This document shows positions 23,417 through 33,214 of a stretch of DNA of 64,000 nt, in pieces. How positions within the stretch are numbered: position 1 is the stretch's first letter; each line of letters starts with the position of its first letter. The notes beneath the pieces are model-generated. The model made no database searches. It saw only the letters and a list, made by a program, of their open reading frames with translations, and was not told the origin of the DNA. The stretch lies in IMG/VR virus record IMGVR_UViG_3300037418_000840, one strand, 5' to 3'. A program made the position numbers and the translations under genes. Source of the stretch: a virus (lineage: Duplodnaviria > Caudoviricetes).

Positions 23417-23870
23417 GCCGACAGGTGAACGTTATTCCTACGATCTGGCTACGCCAACGATCACGGGCTTCTTTGGCGACAATCGAGTCCTGAGCAACTT
23501 CTATCCACGAGAGCTCGTATTATACAACATACCGTTCAAGACAGCCGAACACGCGTATGTATGGCACAAGTCTAATGACCTTGCTTTTCGACGCATGGTC
23601 CTGGCCGCACGATCTCCCGTAGAAGCCAAACGCATAGGTCGTAAGGTTCAGCTACGTGCTGATTGGGAACAGGTCAAACTCCAGACGATGCGCATCGTTC
23701 TGGACGCCAAGTTTCGAGACCCTCAGCTACGCGATTTCCTGTTGAACACCGGTTTCCGTTATCTCGAAGAGCTCAACACGTGGGACGATCGTTATTGGGG
23801 CGTATGTGGAGGCCTTGGCAAGAACCATCTTGGACGCCAACTGATGGTCGTCAGGGAAAGCTACCGATAA
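23385..23870 (+). CDS. NADAR (YbiA-like) ADP-ribosylhydrolase family protein
   Basis: LSNFYP, TAEHAY, AKRIGRKV.LRADWE, LLNTG...E.NTWDDRYWGV, GKNHLG. Confidence 0.9.
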   Translation: MTWTLQKKIYRPTGERYSYDLATPTITGFFGDNRVLSNFYPRELVLYNIPFKTAEHAYVWHKSNDLAFRRMVLAARSPVEAKRIGRKVQLRADWEQVKLQTMRIVLDAKFRDPQLRDFLLNTGFRYLEELNTWDDRYWGVCGGLGKNHLGRQLMVVRESYR

Positions 23871-23904
23871 ATTTGATGGTAAACGCCCTTACTATGAGGA
23901 CCCT

Positions 23905-24909
23905 ATGAGCGCCATCACTTTGCGGGCTGCCACACGTCTCCACGCGCTTGAAACAAGCGAATGGTGGGACAACCTGCCTGTTGACCAGAAGAAGCAGTAT
24001 CTCGAAGAACATCCGCACAGCAAATATGCGGACCAGACACTACACGAACACGAAGAACGCAAGGCCAAGGAAGGTCACAGTGAAGAACGGCCAGCTACGG
24101 CCATGACTCCTGGAAGTCCACAACGTCGCAAGATGGCCGAAGGGATTCGCAAGCATGCGCCAACCATCGCGAAGACGTTGCACCACACGTTTCCGAGGAT
24201 CAGTAGTGCAGTGTCGGCCCTTCATCATCTGGCGACAGGCAAACCACTGGACCACAAGCACAAAGAAGTTCTGCACGAATTGGGTGGCATTGCGCTGAAG
24301 ACCGCGGTGAGCAGCGCCCTAGGTCCTCACGCAGCAAAAGCGGTTGGTCAGGTGAGTGTGACCGCCGTTGCATACGGGATCGAGAAGTTCAAAGAACACA
24401 AAGAAAAGAAGAAGGGTGGTGACGATCTGGAGACCTTTGTCGAAGCAGTAGCTGACGGGGTCGAACACGCAGAAGTCGCTAAGGTGCCCAAGGAACACGC
24501 ACAGCCTAAATCTTCGTACCGATCGGCCATCGGCCAGCATATCAAGAAGAGCGCCAGTCACATTGTATCAGTGATTGACCGCTCGTTCAAGGACATCAAA
24601 CCGGCATCCCAGGGCTTAGCCGCGTTCGTTCAGCGCAAGCCGATGACCGATGAACAGCAGCACGCAATGAAGAACCTCGGGAAATTCGCGCTCGCTACCT
24701 CGATCGCCACATTACCGGGTGGACTGGCCGCACACTTGGCCGCAGGAGCCGGTGCCGCAGCGCTAACCCATGCCTACAAAGTAATCCGCTCCCATGAGGG
24801 CCACGGGTCGCTGGTCCATCGACTTGTGGAAGCTATTGGAGAGGGTCTGGAAGATGCAATCATCGAAGAAGGAGGCGGTGGTGAAGGACATCACGGCGGT
24901 CACGGATGA
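23905..24909 (+). CDS. His-rich protein with internal duplication and hydrophobic hairpins (possibly virion-associated)
   Basis: WWDNLPVDQKKQYLEEHPHSKYA motif; two similar ~140-aa halves. Confidence 0.7.
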   Translation: MSAITLRAATRLHALETSEWWDNLPVDQKKQYLEEHPHSKYADQTLHEHEERKAKEGHSEERPATAMTPGSPQRRKMAEGIRKHAPTIAKTLHHTFPRISSAVSALHHLATGKPLDHKHKEVLHELGGIALKTAVSSALGPHAAKAVGQVSVTAVAYGIEKFKEHKEKKKGGDDLETFVEAVADGVEHAEVAKVPKEHAQPKSSYRSAIGQHIKKSASHIVSVIDRSFKDIKPASQGLAAFVQRKPMTDEQQHAMKNLGKFALATSIATLPGGLAAHLAAGAGAAALTHAYKVIRSHEGHGSLVHRLVEAIGEGLEDAIIEEGGGGEGHHGGHG

Positions 24910-24945
24910 CGGCCTTCATTTGAGTTTTTATACATAGGTGGTCTG

Positions 24946-25488
24946 ATGAGCGCTTCTCACCAAGAAGTTGATGAAATCATTATCCTCGTTGATCTTGAGG
25001 ATCCAATGACTTACGACACCGAGTTCCAGAATCGTATCCAATACGGAGGCTTCGTAAAGGATTGGTCGGAATTCACTGCTGATACTCGCGAAACCATTCG
25101 CAAGAATCAAGACGATGACGAGCTTACGAACAGCAAGTTCTTCATCGAGGTCTACACTGACCGACTTGCTGACTTTGTGCAGGCGGTCCTCTGTAACCAT
25201 GATTGGCAGCGTGCCCTCATCTTCCGCGAAGAGCGTGTGATAGGCCCAGATCTTGACGAAGCTGCTGAGATGAGTGGCTCTGATCTGGAGGAATCCTGTA
25301 CGATTCACCATTACTACGAGCTACAGACCATAGCCCGTATGCCGTTTGCCAGCCTCGACATCGATGAAGAAGACGAGGAAGACGAAGACGCTGACAGCGA
25401 AGAGGAGGAAGAAGTCGATACCAAGATGGCGGCGGAGTTCGACAAGTATCCGTCACTCTTTGTCTGTCGGAACAAGACTGTGCACTGA
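24946..25488 (+). CDS. Acidic hypothetical protein
   Basis: 180 aa; D/E-rich C-terminus. Confidence 0.7.
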   Translation: MSASHQEVDEIIILVDLEDPMTYDTEFQNRIQYGGFVKDWSEFTADTRETIRKNQDDDELTNSKFFIEVYTDRLADFVQAVLCNHDWQRALIFREERVIGPDLDEAAEMSGSDLEESCTIHHYYELQTIARMPFASLDIDEEDEEDEDADSEEEEEVDTKMAAEFDKYPSLFVCRNKTVH

Positions 25489-25495
25489 CCGTGCC

Positions 25496-25503
25496 GTAAA
25501 TAG
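25496..25503 (+). promoter_or_regulatory. GTAAATA motif
   Basis: Intergenic, upstream of the helicase. Confidence 0.6.
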
Positions 25504-25533
25504 AGGGCCTAAGGGAATCCTGGGCTCATACCA

Positions 25534-27270
25534 ATGCAAACATCCCGCATTCGCAACGCCGTTCGTGCGTTGTGTCGAGAAGCCTCTGCTCGGCTTCGGC
25601 TCCAACCTATGGAGCTCTTACGCTTGCAGCGCGCAACGACTGTTACGCAGTTCATCGCCTGCTGCTTGCATCTTGAAGTGGAACGGTCAAAGAACAACCC
25701 CTTGCGTAAAGCCATTCGTGGTCTGAAGCGCAAGGGGTCGTTGCCCGTTTTCCAAAATGCTAATGATCCCCGTTGGTCCCTGCTGTACTTTATGATTCAG
25801 GACTTGCTACGCAACGACACAGCCAAGTTCTTTGACACACCGTCCGACGTCCAGACGGTAGGCAATCCATTGGAAGACCCACTTCAAGCATCTGAGTGGG
25901 TGGATCCCTTCAGTATAGATGCGATGATTGAGGGTGCCGCACCTAAGCCTATGGCTGCCCCGATTGATAGCGAAGATGACGAACACGATGCTGAACCTCT
26001 CGTCGATCACCTAGCTTTATTCGGAACCCTACCTCCTACGCGCGTGCATGTGCCGGCTGAACGGCCGTCAATCAACTGGAATACTCAGCAGGATCGCGCG
26101 TTCAAGGCCGTTTTTACATGGCTCAAAAGCTCAAATCGTAAGCCAGTGTTCCGTCTCTTTGGTTATGCCGGGACGGGCAAGACGACGATGGCCAAGGAGA
26201 TCGCGTGGAACGTTGAGCACGGTGAAAGCGGTCTCTCGGCTGGCGATGTTATGTTCGCAGCCTTCACCGGTAAAGCCGCGTCGGTCCTCCGGTCAAAGGG
26301 ATGCCTTGGAGCACAGACAATCCACAGCTTGATCTACCGTCCGCTTATCGACCCGGTGACCGGTGTCTTGATTGGGACAAAGATCAATGACGAGTCACCA
26401 CTCAAATACGCGAAGCTGCTGATCGTCGACGAAGTGTCTATGGTCAACGAAGAGATGGCCCGCGACCTCATGTCGTTTGGTGTTCCTATTCTGGTTCTTG
26501 GCGACCCCGGACAGTTGGATCCTATCAAGGGCGAGGGCTATTTCACTCAGGCTCGACCCGATGTTATGCTGACCAAGGTCGAACGTCAAGCCGCCGAGAG
26601 CCCAATCATCTGGCTAGCGACCCGTGTACGTCTGAAGAAGAGCTTGAGCGTTGGCAACTATGGCACGTCACGAGTCACACGCAAGGACATCACTGATACG
26701 CACATCGAGTGGGCGGACATGATACTGACGGGCATGCGCAACACACGCGCGGCCTATAACAGACGTGTTCGTCGTGTCAATGGTTTGTACGACATTGACA
26801 CACAGTTCCCGGTCAAAGGCGACACCTTAATGTGCTTAAGGAACAACAAGAACAACGGGTTGCTCAACGGAACACTGTGGACCGCGTCTCAGCCAGAGCT
26901 CAAGACTATCCAACGCCTGAAGGACTTCAAGCGGCCGCTCCTAGGATACGAACCGACCAATATCGAGGGTCTGCATTTCCGTGCACGATCCAACGATATC
27001 TTCGATGCTGACGGACAACCTCTCATAGTCAATACGGTGTGCTCGACCCATCATTTCGATGAATCGTTGCCAGAGCCTAATTGGCGTGAGATTGCGGGCA
27101 CCGACGAATGGGGGTTTGGCTACGCGTCAACGACACACAAAGCTCAGGGCAGTCAGTGGGCGAAAGGTATCGTCATTGATGAGTCGTTCGTTTTCAGTGA
27201 TCAGGCAGAGAAACATCTGTACACGGCTATCACCCGTTTTGCCGACGCGGTGCGTATCAAGCGTTCCTAG
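25534..27270 (+). CDS. SF1B (RecD/Dda-like) DNA helicase
   Basis: GYAGTGKTT, AAFTGKAA, IVDEVSMV, GDPGQL, RQAAES, THKAQGSQW, LYTAITR. Confidence 0.92.
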   Translation: MQTSRIRNAVRALCREASARLRLQPMELLRLQRATTVTQFIACCLHLEVERSKNNPLRKAIRGLKRKGSLPVFQNANDPRWSLLYFMIQDLLRNDTAKFFDTPSDVQTVGNPLEDPLQASEWVDPFSIDAMIEGAAPKPMAAPIDSEDDEHDAEPLVDHLALFGTLPPTRVHVPAERPSINWNTQQDRAFKAVFTWLKSSNRKPVFRLFGYAGTGKTTMAKEIAWNVEHGESGLSAGDVMFAAFTGKAASVLRSKGCLGAQTIHSLIYRPLIDPVTGVLIGTKINDESPLKYAKLLIVDEVSMVNEEMARDLMSFGVPILVLGDPGQLDPIKGEGYFTQARPDVMLTKVERQAAESPIIWLATRVRLKKSLSVGNYGTSRVTRKDITDTHIEWADMILTGMRNTRAAYNRRVRRVNGLYDIDTQFPVKGDTLMCLRNNKNNGLLNGTLWTASQPELKTIQRLKDFKRPLLGYEPTNIEGLHFRARSNDIFDADGQPLIVNTVCSTHHFDESLPEPNWREIAGTDEWGFGYASTTHKAQGSQWAKGIVIDESFVFSDQAEKHLYTAITRFADAVRIKRS

Positions 27271-27279
27271 GAGAACACG

Positions 27280-27633
27280 ATGGACAGCAAAAGTTGGATT
27301 GGAGTCGATTTCGACGGCACCCTCGCTCACTATGATCGATGGCGCGGACCTACCCATTTAGGCAAGCCCATTCCTAAGATGGTCAAGCTCGTACAGCAGA
27401 TGCTTGCCAAGGGCAAGACGGTCAAAATCTTTACGTCTCGTGTTGCTGAGGGAGAGGGCCGTGATCCTGAACTGAGTCGGCGTCTTATCGGTGATTGGAC
27501 CGAGAAGCATGTTGGTCAGCGCCTTGAAGTGACCAACATCAAGGACCCTCACATGATCGAATGCTATGACGATCGAGCCATCCAGGTGTTGACCAATACT
27601 GGTCGACGCGTTGTCTTAAAGAACAAGGAGTGA
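27280..27633 (+). CDS. HAD-superfamily phosphatase-like protein
   Basis: WIGVDFDGTLA, FTSR, YDDRA. Confidence 0.8.
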   Translation: MDSKSWIGVDFDGTLAHYDRWRGPTHLGKPIPKMVKLVQQMLAKGKTVKIFTSRVAEGEGRDPELSRRLIGDWTEKHVGQRLEVTNIKDPHMIECYDDRAIQVLTNTGRRVVLKNKE

Positions 27634-28454
27634 CCATGCTTAACGAAACGTACGAACTCGTACCGAGTGAGGAAGGACTGGCTTTGTTCAGGGCTATAGT
27701 GCCTGATGCTGACTTCTATCTGCGAGTGGCCCACACGGGTACGCATCATCTGAATCCATATCACAATCTTACGCATGAGCTCGCTACGTGCTATTGGGCC
27801 TATTCGTGTTATGTGAACAGTCATTCGGATTCACGTTCAGTGCCGTTGACTTCGGATATCTCGACAGAAGCTCGTGTTATTCTGATAGCCTCGCTGTTCC
27901 ACGATCACAATCATAGTGGTGGCCGCCTGACCGACGATCAGAACGTGAAACGAGCTCAGCATTTTGTACACTACACCATAGGTCAGGAGCGAGTGACATC
28001 CGATATGGGTGGATTTGGCTTCTCAACTCTTAAAGATGCGATCTCGTGCACGCGATTTGTCGACGGCCGTTTTCCTGAAGAGCCTACTTCGTTGGAAGCC
28101 AAGTGTCTGCGAGATGCTGACTTGATGAGCATCTACTCGAACGAGGGCCGTCACCTGCTGCTCGGCCTACTCCAAGAGCTTGGCTGGACTCGTGATACTT
28201 TGGCTGACGTGGCAATCATTATGGAACGACAGACCAAATTCCTGACCGAAGCCAAGATGTACACGTCGTTCGGCACATTCATGAAGGACCATTATCTGAA
28301 GGACGCGCTTGATGCCTTTGCGTACTTACTTCGGTCGCAGTTGAAGACCGACAGTCGACCGTGGCCCACGCCGGGTCTCATAATGACCAACGCAGGTGCC
28401 AAGATGATGGCCGACGCGGCAAGCGCTGCGTCCAACCCTCAAGACGGTAAATAA
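27630..28454 (+). CDS. HD-domain phosphohydrolase
   Basis: PYHNLTH, LFHDHNH, RDADLM. Confidence 0.78.
   Translation: MTMLNETYELVPSEEGLALFRAIVPDADFYLRVAHTGTHHLNPYHNLTHELATCYWAYSCYVNSHSDSRSVPLTSDISTEARVILIASLFHDHNHSGGRLTDDQNVKRAQHFVHYTIGQERVTSDMGGFGFSTLKDAISCTRFVDGRFPEEPTSLEAKCLRDADLMSIYSNEGRHLLLGLLQELGWTRDTLADVAIIMERQTKFLTEAKMYTSFGTFMKDHYLKDALDAFAYLLRSQLKTDSRPWPTPGLIMTNAGAKMMADAASAASNPQDGK
28447..28454 (+). promoter_or_regulatory. GTAAATA motif
   Basis: GTAAATAA immediately upstream of the DNA polymerase RBS. Confidence 0.55.
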
Positions 28455-28478
28455 GGGGGCTACCCTTAAGAGGTTCAT

Positions 28479-31400
28479 ATGCTTGACGCTGTCTTTCAAT
28501 TCGATCCCGAGCACGAAGTGTTCGAGAAACGCGAGCCCTACAAGCTCGTGCTCAAACGCTGTAGTGATTGGCAGCGGGCCGGTCGCCGTGTGATGATCAT
28601 CATGCAGACGGTGGACGCCCGTGACCTCACCGCTGGTGAGATCATGGGTGACAAGGGCACCGATCAGGTGGTCCAGAACGCGATACGGTATAGTCGTAAG
28701 ATCGCTGGCCGCTATGCTAAGAAGGGGGTTCCCGCCGCATCCTACGCGGTGGTCAACTTCAATGCGGCCAAGCACTTACATCTGGCGAAGATACAGCGCC
28801 GTGAGATGGAGCAGGTGTTCGCATGGCGTATTCGGAAGATGATCGCCAAGCTGAAGCCCACTCATATACTGGTCAGTGGCGACGAAGCAATGCACGCTCT
28901 GTTCCCAAAGATCGACCACCCACAGTTCAAGCGTGGATGGATCCACACCATGAAGTCCAAGGCGGGACCTATCAAGGTTACGAACACCCTGGACTTCTAT
29001 CGTTTGCTGGAAAAAGATGGGGCTAAGGCCAATCTCCTTGGCTTCTGGTGTCGTCACTTGGCATGGCTCATGCTGGGGGCCAACCCGCATGATCTGTCAC
29101 ATATCAAGGCGGAGCCCCGCTACATCAATACGATCGAGAAGTTCGATATGCTGATGCGCCGCTTTGATGCGGCTGAACGCGTCGCGGTCGATACCGAAAC
29201 GAAAAATCTGTCGGTCTTGCACAACAAGATCTACACGATGCAGTTCTGTATGAACCAGAATGAGAGTGCAGGCTACGTTCTGCCCATTGACCATCCACTG
29301 GCCCATTGGAAAAAGAGCGAACGCCTGTACATCAAACGTGAGCTACGGAAACGCTATTCGGCCAAGAAGGGGCCGATGCTCATAACCTTCAACGGCATGT
29401 TCGATCTGCGGATCATACGCCAACAGTTGAAGATCCCCTTCATGTGGCTCAAGGTGTGGGAGATTACGTTCGGTGAGCATGATCTGGACGAGAACTACAC
29501 GGCGCTCAATAGCGTGTGCTTCATGGAGGACACTCAGCTAGGTGGCCCTTCTAAGTTCGGTGGCCTGCGCCCCATCTACTGTTCGTACGGCAACGACTTC
29601 TACATGACGGCCGAATTCGGTAAGGAAGACCGAAACACGTCAGGAACTGTCCAGCCGAACAACCGTGGGTTCCTCATGTACGGTGCGACTGACGTCGTGT
29701 CGATCATGCACATATACCACGAGCAGATTCGTCGTGCGTCCTATATGTCGATTGGGGACCACAACTATAAGCCGTTCTTTGTCCGTCACATGATCAACCA
29801 GATGTCGGACGCGGCTCATCAGTTGTCGCACATGGCTCAGGACGGATCGTTAGTCGATCGTCCATACGTACGGTCTCTGCTTGGGTCTGAGTCACCTCTG
29901 CGTGTAGAATTGAAGAAGGCTCTAGGCGCGCTGTCGATTCACAAGGAAGTGAAGCAGGCCAACGCTGAACTCCTCCAGGAATCTGGATTCAAAGCCAAGT
30001 CGCTATTTGCCCGTCGCGGTCAAGCCAGGACCACGGCTAGTTGGACCTTCAACTTCAACAAGACCGAGCACAAGCGTAAGCTCTTCTTCGATGTTCTTGG
30101 ACTGGAAGCTGTGACCCAGACAAAGAAGGGGGCTGATGCCATCGACAAGAAGTTCATTGCCCATCACAAGGATCGGAACAAGATCGTTAGCCTTTATGGT
30201 GAATACCAACAGGCGACCAAACTCCTGTCCACCTATGTGAAGGGTTGGTACAAGAAGCTGACGTCCAAGCTTGACGAAGCCACGGATTCGTTCTTGCGTG
30301 CATCGTATGGTATTGTTGATACCGGGCGTCTTAAGTCGTACGATCCGAACCTTCAGCAGATCCCATCACGTGGTCGCTTGGTGAAGATCATCAAGAGTAT
30401 GTTCCCGGCACCACGGGGCAAGTTATTGATCCGCTTCGACTATTCGGCACACGAAGTCCGTATCTGGTCGATCGTCAGTGGAGACAAGGTGCTGGCCGAA
30501 TCGTTCCGAGCCGGCCAGAAGCTAAGACAGGCGTTCATCAAGGATCCCTCTGACGAGAACCGCAAGGCCATCAAAGAGAAGGGCGACATTCACATCTTGA
30601 ACGTCTTGCGCTTCTTTGGCAAGCTGGTGGACAAGGACCATCCGCTGCGTGACGCGGTTAAAAAGGTTGTGTTCGGGGTCCTGTATGGTAAGGGTGCAGA
30701 GACGCTTGGTATCGACACGAAGGAAGGCGATCTGACTGCGTTGAAATCCAAGATTGGTGCCCTGTATGAAGAGTCACTGGTGACCAAGGACAATCGACGT
30801 CTTGTCGAAATCAACAAGGCTTTGGAGGAACTGGATTTCAAGCTGACGAAGCTAATGGACGAAGACCGCACGGACTACGCTCAGGACATCGTCAACAAGA
30901 TGTTCCAAGAGTTCAAGGCTGGCGCGCGCTGGACCGAGAAGATGCAACGCATGGCCGAACAAGAGTTCCAGGTCTATGCACCGAATGGTCGTATCCGTCA
31001 CTTGTTTGCCGCGATGACGGGTGATCGCAAGATCGTTGCCCGTCAGGTTCGTCGTGGATCGAATGCGCCAGTTCAGGGCTTTGCCTCGGAGATCGGCATC
31101 AAGGCAGCGCATCGAATCATGGACACGTACTACCGCAACTTGAAGATCTTCAAGCAGAAGCTGGGGATCAACAAGTCGGATTGGGACATGCGAGTGCTGT
31201 TCAACCGTCAGGTCCACGATGCACTGTACTACAGCGTGCCTTACGAGATGGTGGTGCCCTTCATCCATATCCTGCTTCACGAAGCTACGTATGGTGTGAC
31301 CCAAGCCTACCAGAAGGAGTTCAACATCAAGTTCACCGTCGAGCCCGAGATCGAAATGGAATTCGGTATGCGCGACGACAAGAGCCGGAAGTGGGACTTC

Positions 31401-31706
31401 GCAATGCCTAGTGCGATCAACATAATCAAGCAGGCAGTTGCTGATGGTGACGAGCTTGGCCTTCTCGATGGCTCACAGTCGGAAGTCTTGGCCAAGATCT
31501 TCAAGCCGTGGCGTTCCAAGTCTATGCGTGCATCACTGCAAGACCAATGGCCGTTGCTTGGCGTCCGTAACCTAGATCGTCAGATTGCTGACGCAGTGAA
31601 AGACTGCACGAAACCGTACGTCAAGCCTGAAGAGCCGCCGAAAGAAGCCCAGAAGGCAGCGACGCCGGATGTGAAAGCTAAGGCCAAAATCAAGGAGACC
31701 GCCTGA
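28479..31706 (+). CDS. polA: Family A DNA polymerase with 3'-5' exonuclease and N-terminal UDG-like domain
   Basis: Exo motifs AVDTET, FNGMFDL, YGATDV; polymerase motifs FDYSAHEVR, RDAVKKVVFGVLYG, QVHDAL. Confidence 0.95.
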   Translation: MLDAVFQFDPEHEVFEKREPYKLVLKRCSDWQRAGRRVMIIMQTVDARDLTAGEIMGDKGTDQVVQNAIRYSRKIAGRYAKKGVPAASYAVVNFNAAKHLHLAKIQRREMEQVFAWRIRKMIAKLKPTHILVSGDEAMHALFPKIDHPQFKRGWIHTMKSKAGPIKVTNTLDFYRLLEKDGAKANLLGFWCRHLAWLMLGANPHDLSHIKAEPRYINTIEKFDMLMRRFDAAERVAVDTETKNLSVLHNKIYTMQFCMNQNESAGYVLPIDHPLAHWKKSERLYIKRELRKRYSAKKGPMLITFNGMFDLRIIRQQLKIPFMWLKVWEITFGEHDLDENYTALNSVCFMEDTQLGGPSKFGGLRPIYCSYGNDFYMTAEFGKEDRNTSGTVQPNNRGFLMYGATDVVSIMHIYHEQIRRASYMSIGDHNYKPFFVRHMINQMSDAAHQLSHMAQDGSLVDRPYVRSLLGSESPLRVELKKALGALSIHKEVKQANAELLQESGFKAKSLFARRGQARTTASWTFNFNKTEHKRKLFFDVLGLEAVTQTKKGADAIDKKFIAHHKDRNKIVSLYGEYQQATKLLSTYVKGWYKKLTSKLDEATDSFLRASYGIVDTGRLKSYDPNLQQIPSRGRLVKIIKSMFPAPRGKLLIRFDYSAHEVRIWSIVSGDKVLAESFRAGQKLRQAFIKDPSDENRKAIKEKGDIHILNVLRFFGKLVDKDHPLRDAVKKVVFGVLYGKGAETLGIDTKEGDLTALKSKIGALYEESLVTKDNRRLVEINKALEELDFKLTKLMDEDRTDYAQDIVNKMFQEFKAGARWTEKMQRMAEQEFQVYAPNGRIRHLFAAMTGDRKIVARQVRRGSNAPVQGFASEIGIKAAHRIMDTYYRNLKIFKQKLGINKSDWDMRVLFNRQVHDALYYSVPYEMVVPFIHILLHEATYGVTQAYQKEFNIKFTVEPEIEMEFGMRDDKSRKWDFAMPSAINIIKQAVADGDELGLLDGSQSEVLAKIFKPWRSKSMRASLQDQWPLLGVRNLDRQIADAVKDCTKPYVKPEEPPKEAQKAATPDVKAKAKIKETA

Positions 31707-31993
31707 TGGTCATGCTGTTGCAGTGTCGTCAAGATCGTATGTCCCATCGGCCTGAGGTGTGTCAAACCATTCTCGTATCCTATGTGACGGCCCTCACCCT
31801 GCCTGAGGCGCTACGGCGTCTCAGACAGTGGGAGACGGCGCACGATCAGCTCAAGAACGGCTGTCGTGTTTTCAACTACCTACTGATGGTGTCTAATCTC
31901 GGGGCCTTAACCATCAGCATCGAAGAGTTCGCATCATTATCTCGGGCGTCGTACATCGAAACGCTGCCACAGACATCTGAAGAATTCGAATAA
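31706..31993 (+). CDS. Hypothetical protein
   Basis: TGATG overlap with the polymerase stop. Confidence 0.55.
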   Translation: MVMLLQCRQDRMSHRPEVCQTILVSYVTALTLPEALRRLRQWETAHDQLKNGCRVFNYLLMVSNLGALTISIEEFASLSRASYIETLPQTSEEFE

Positions 31994-32008
31994 GGAGCAA
32001 GCCACACA

Positions 32009-32389
32009 ATGCAGGATAGTCCGCGTTTCATCATTGATTTGGTGGCGGACCTCGAATGGCAAATCTTTGATGTCGAAGCGCAGGGCACTCCGACTGTCTA
32101 TTTGATGTATGTGATACCGGTCGCGTGCCCACCTTTCAACTATCAATTGATCTTGACGGTTTTCGATGGTGCGGCCGCCGCGGAAACCACAGTGCCTGAA
32201 CTGCACGATGAACTGTGGTCGGTCCATTTTTATTCTGGTTCCGGCCCAGAGCAGTTCATGGACGAAGTATTCGACGTGATGTTCAATTACCTCGAAGACA
32301 TCGCTCATCCACTGGAATTTGCGCTCGCATTTGGCGGGCTTGTCAAGAACAAAAGAGTAGTCAGCGCCCGGATGTCTGACACTCATTAG
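32009..32389 (+). CDS. Acidic hypothetical protein
   Basis: AAGGAG RBS. Confidence 0.7.
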   Translation: MQDSPRFIIDLVADLEWQIFDVEAQGTPTVYLMYVIPVACPPFNYQLILTVFDGAAAAETTVPELHDELWSVHFYSGSGPEQFMDEVFDVMFNYLEDIAHPLEFALAFGGLVKNKRVVSARMSDTH

Positions 32390-32417
32390 CAGTATCCAAA
32401 CCCATCGAGGTTCCTAC

Positions 32418-33212
32418 ATGTCCACCGAAGAGCTCTCACATGTCTATGGGTCGCTCGTAATCTCTGCTCAGAGTTCGGTCGATCCATTACCAGTCTTTAG
32501 TCACCCGAAGACTCGAACGGGCGACCACTCCGGGACTACCAATCACAGTCGCTTGTTCAACACTGTGTTCTGGACGCTGGTCATTGGTCCTGATTCTGCT
32601 ACCGACGTGGTAGCCCTTCCACAACGTGGTAAGTATTTGACAGTCGACACAGTCAGTGATTCTGGTGATCTGAGCGATTGTGTGAATCAAGAACTCGCTA
32701 AGCGGTTGTCTGTTATTGACGTGCAGTTCCGCGGTGGTCGTCAGTTGTACAAGGTCTATCACATGATGAACGATGTGAAACTTGCACTTGACGCTGAATT
32801 CGTCACCGTGATCAACAACGAAGCTGAGCACTCGTCGTTCAACATCCTGAGCACTGGCTTTTTGGTCGAGCTCTATGGTATATACGATGTAGTAAATAAC
32901 TCAGTTCAGCTTGCGTGGTCGACTGACGAAGACTTTGTGGCGCGCTGCCGTAAGGTCGATCCCACGCGGTATGTCTTCTATCGGTATCCACCCGTGCTTG
33001 ACCGACCGCTGTTCATCTACACCCAGTACCTAGTATCGAAGTGGTGGAAGTGGTCACGAATGTACAATGGACGAGACGGATTACTTCGCGCCTTCAACGC
33101 GCTGGAAGTCTTCCTCTACAAAGATCCAACAATAATGATAGACGCGCGCAACGCCGTAACTGCGAACGTCACCGTAACTGAGCCAACCAATAGTGATTCT
33201 GATGTGAGTTAG
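32418..33212 (+). CDS. Hypothetical protein (possible Ntn-hydrolase-like fold)
   Basis: GAGG RBS; 264 aa. Confidence 0.65.
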   Translation: MSTEELSHVYGSLVISAQSSVDPLPVFSHPKTRTGDHSGTTNHSRLFNTVFWTLVIGPDSATDVVALPQRGKYLTVDTVSDSGDLSDCVNQELAKRLSVIDVQFRGGRQLYKVYHMMNDVKLALDAEFVTVINNEAEHSSFNILSTGFLVELYGIYDVVNNSVQLAWSTDEDFVARCRKVDPTRYVFYRYPPVLDRPLFIYTQYLVSKWWKWSRMYNGRDGLLRAFNALEVFLYKDPTIMIDARNAVTANVTVTEPTNSDSDVS

Positions 33213-33214
33213 TT

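Noticed and set aside
28479-31706. Intein in the polymerase (also checked in terminase, helicase and RecA)
   Set aside because: No C/S-start...HN-C/S/T junctions or LAGLIDADG motifs seen; the insertions are short helical or Zn modules
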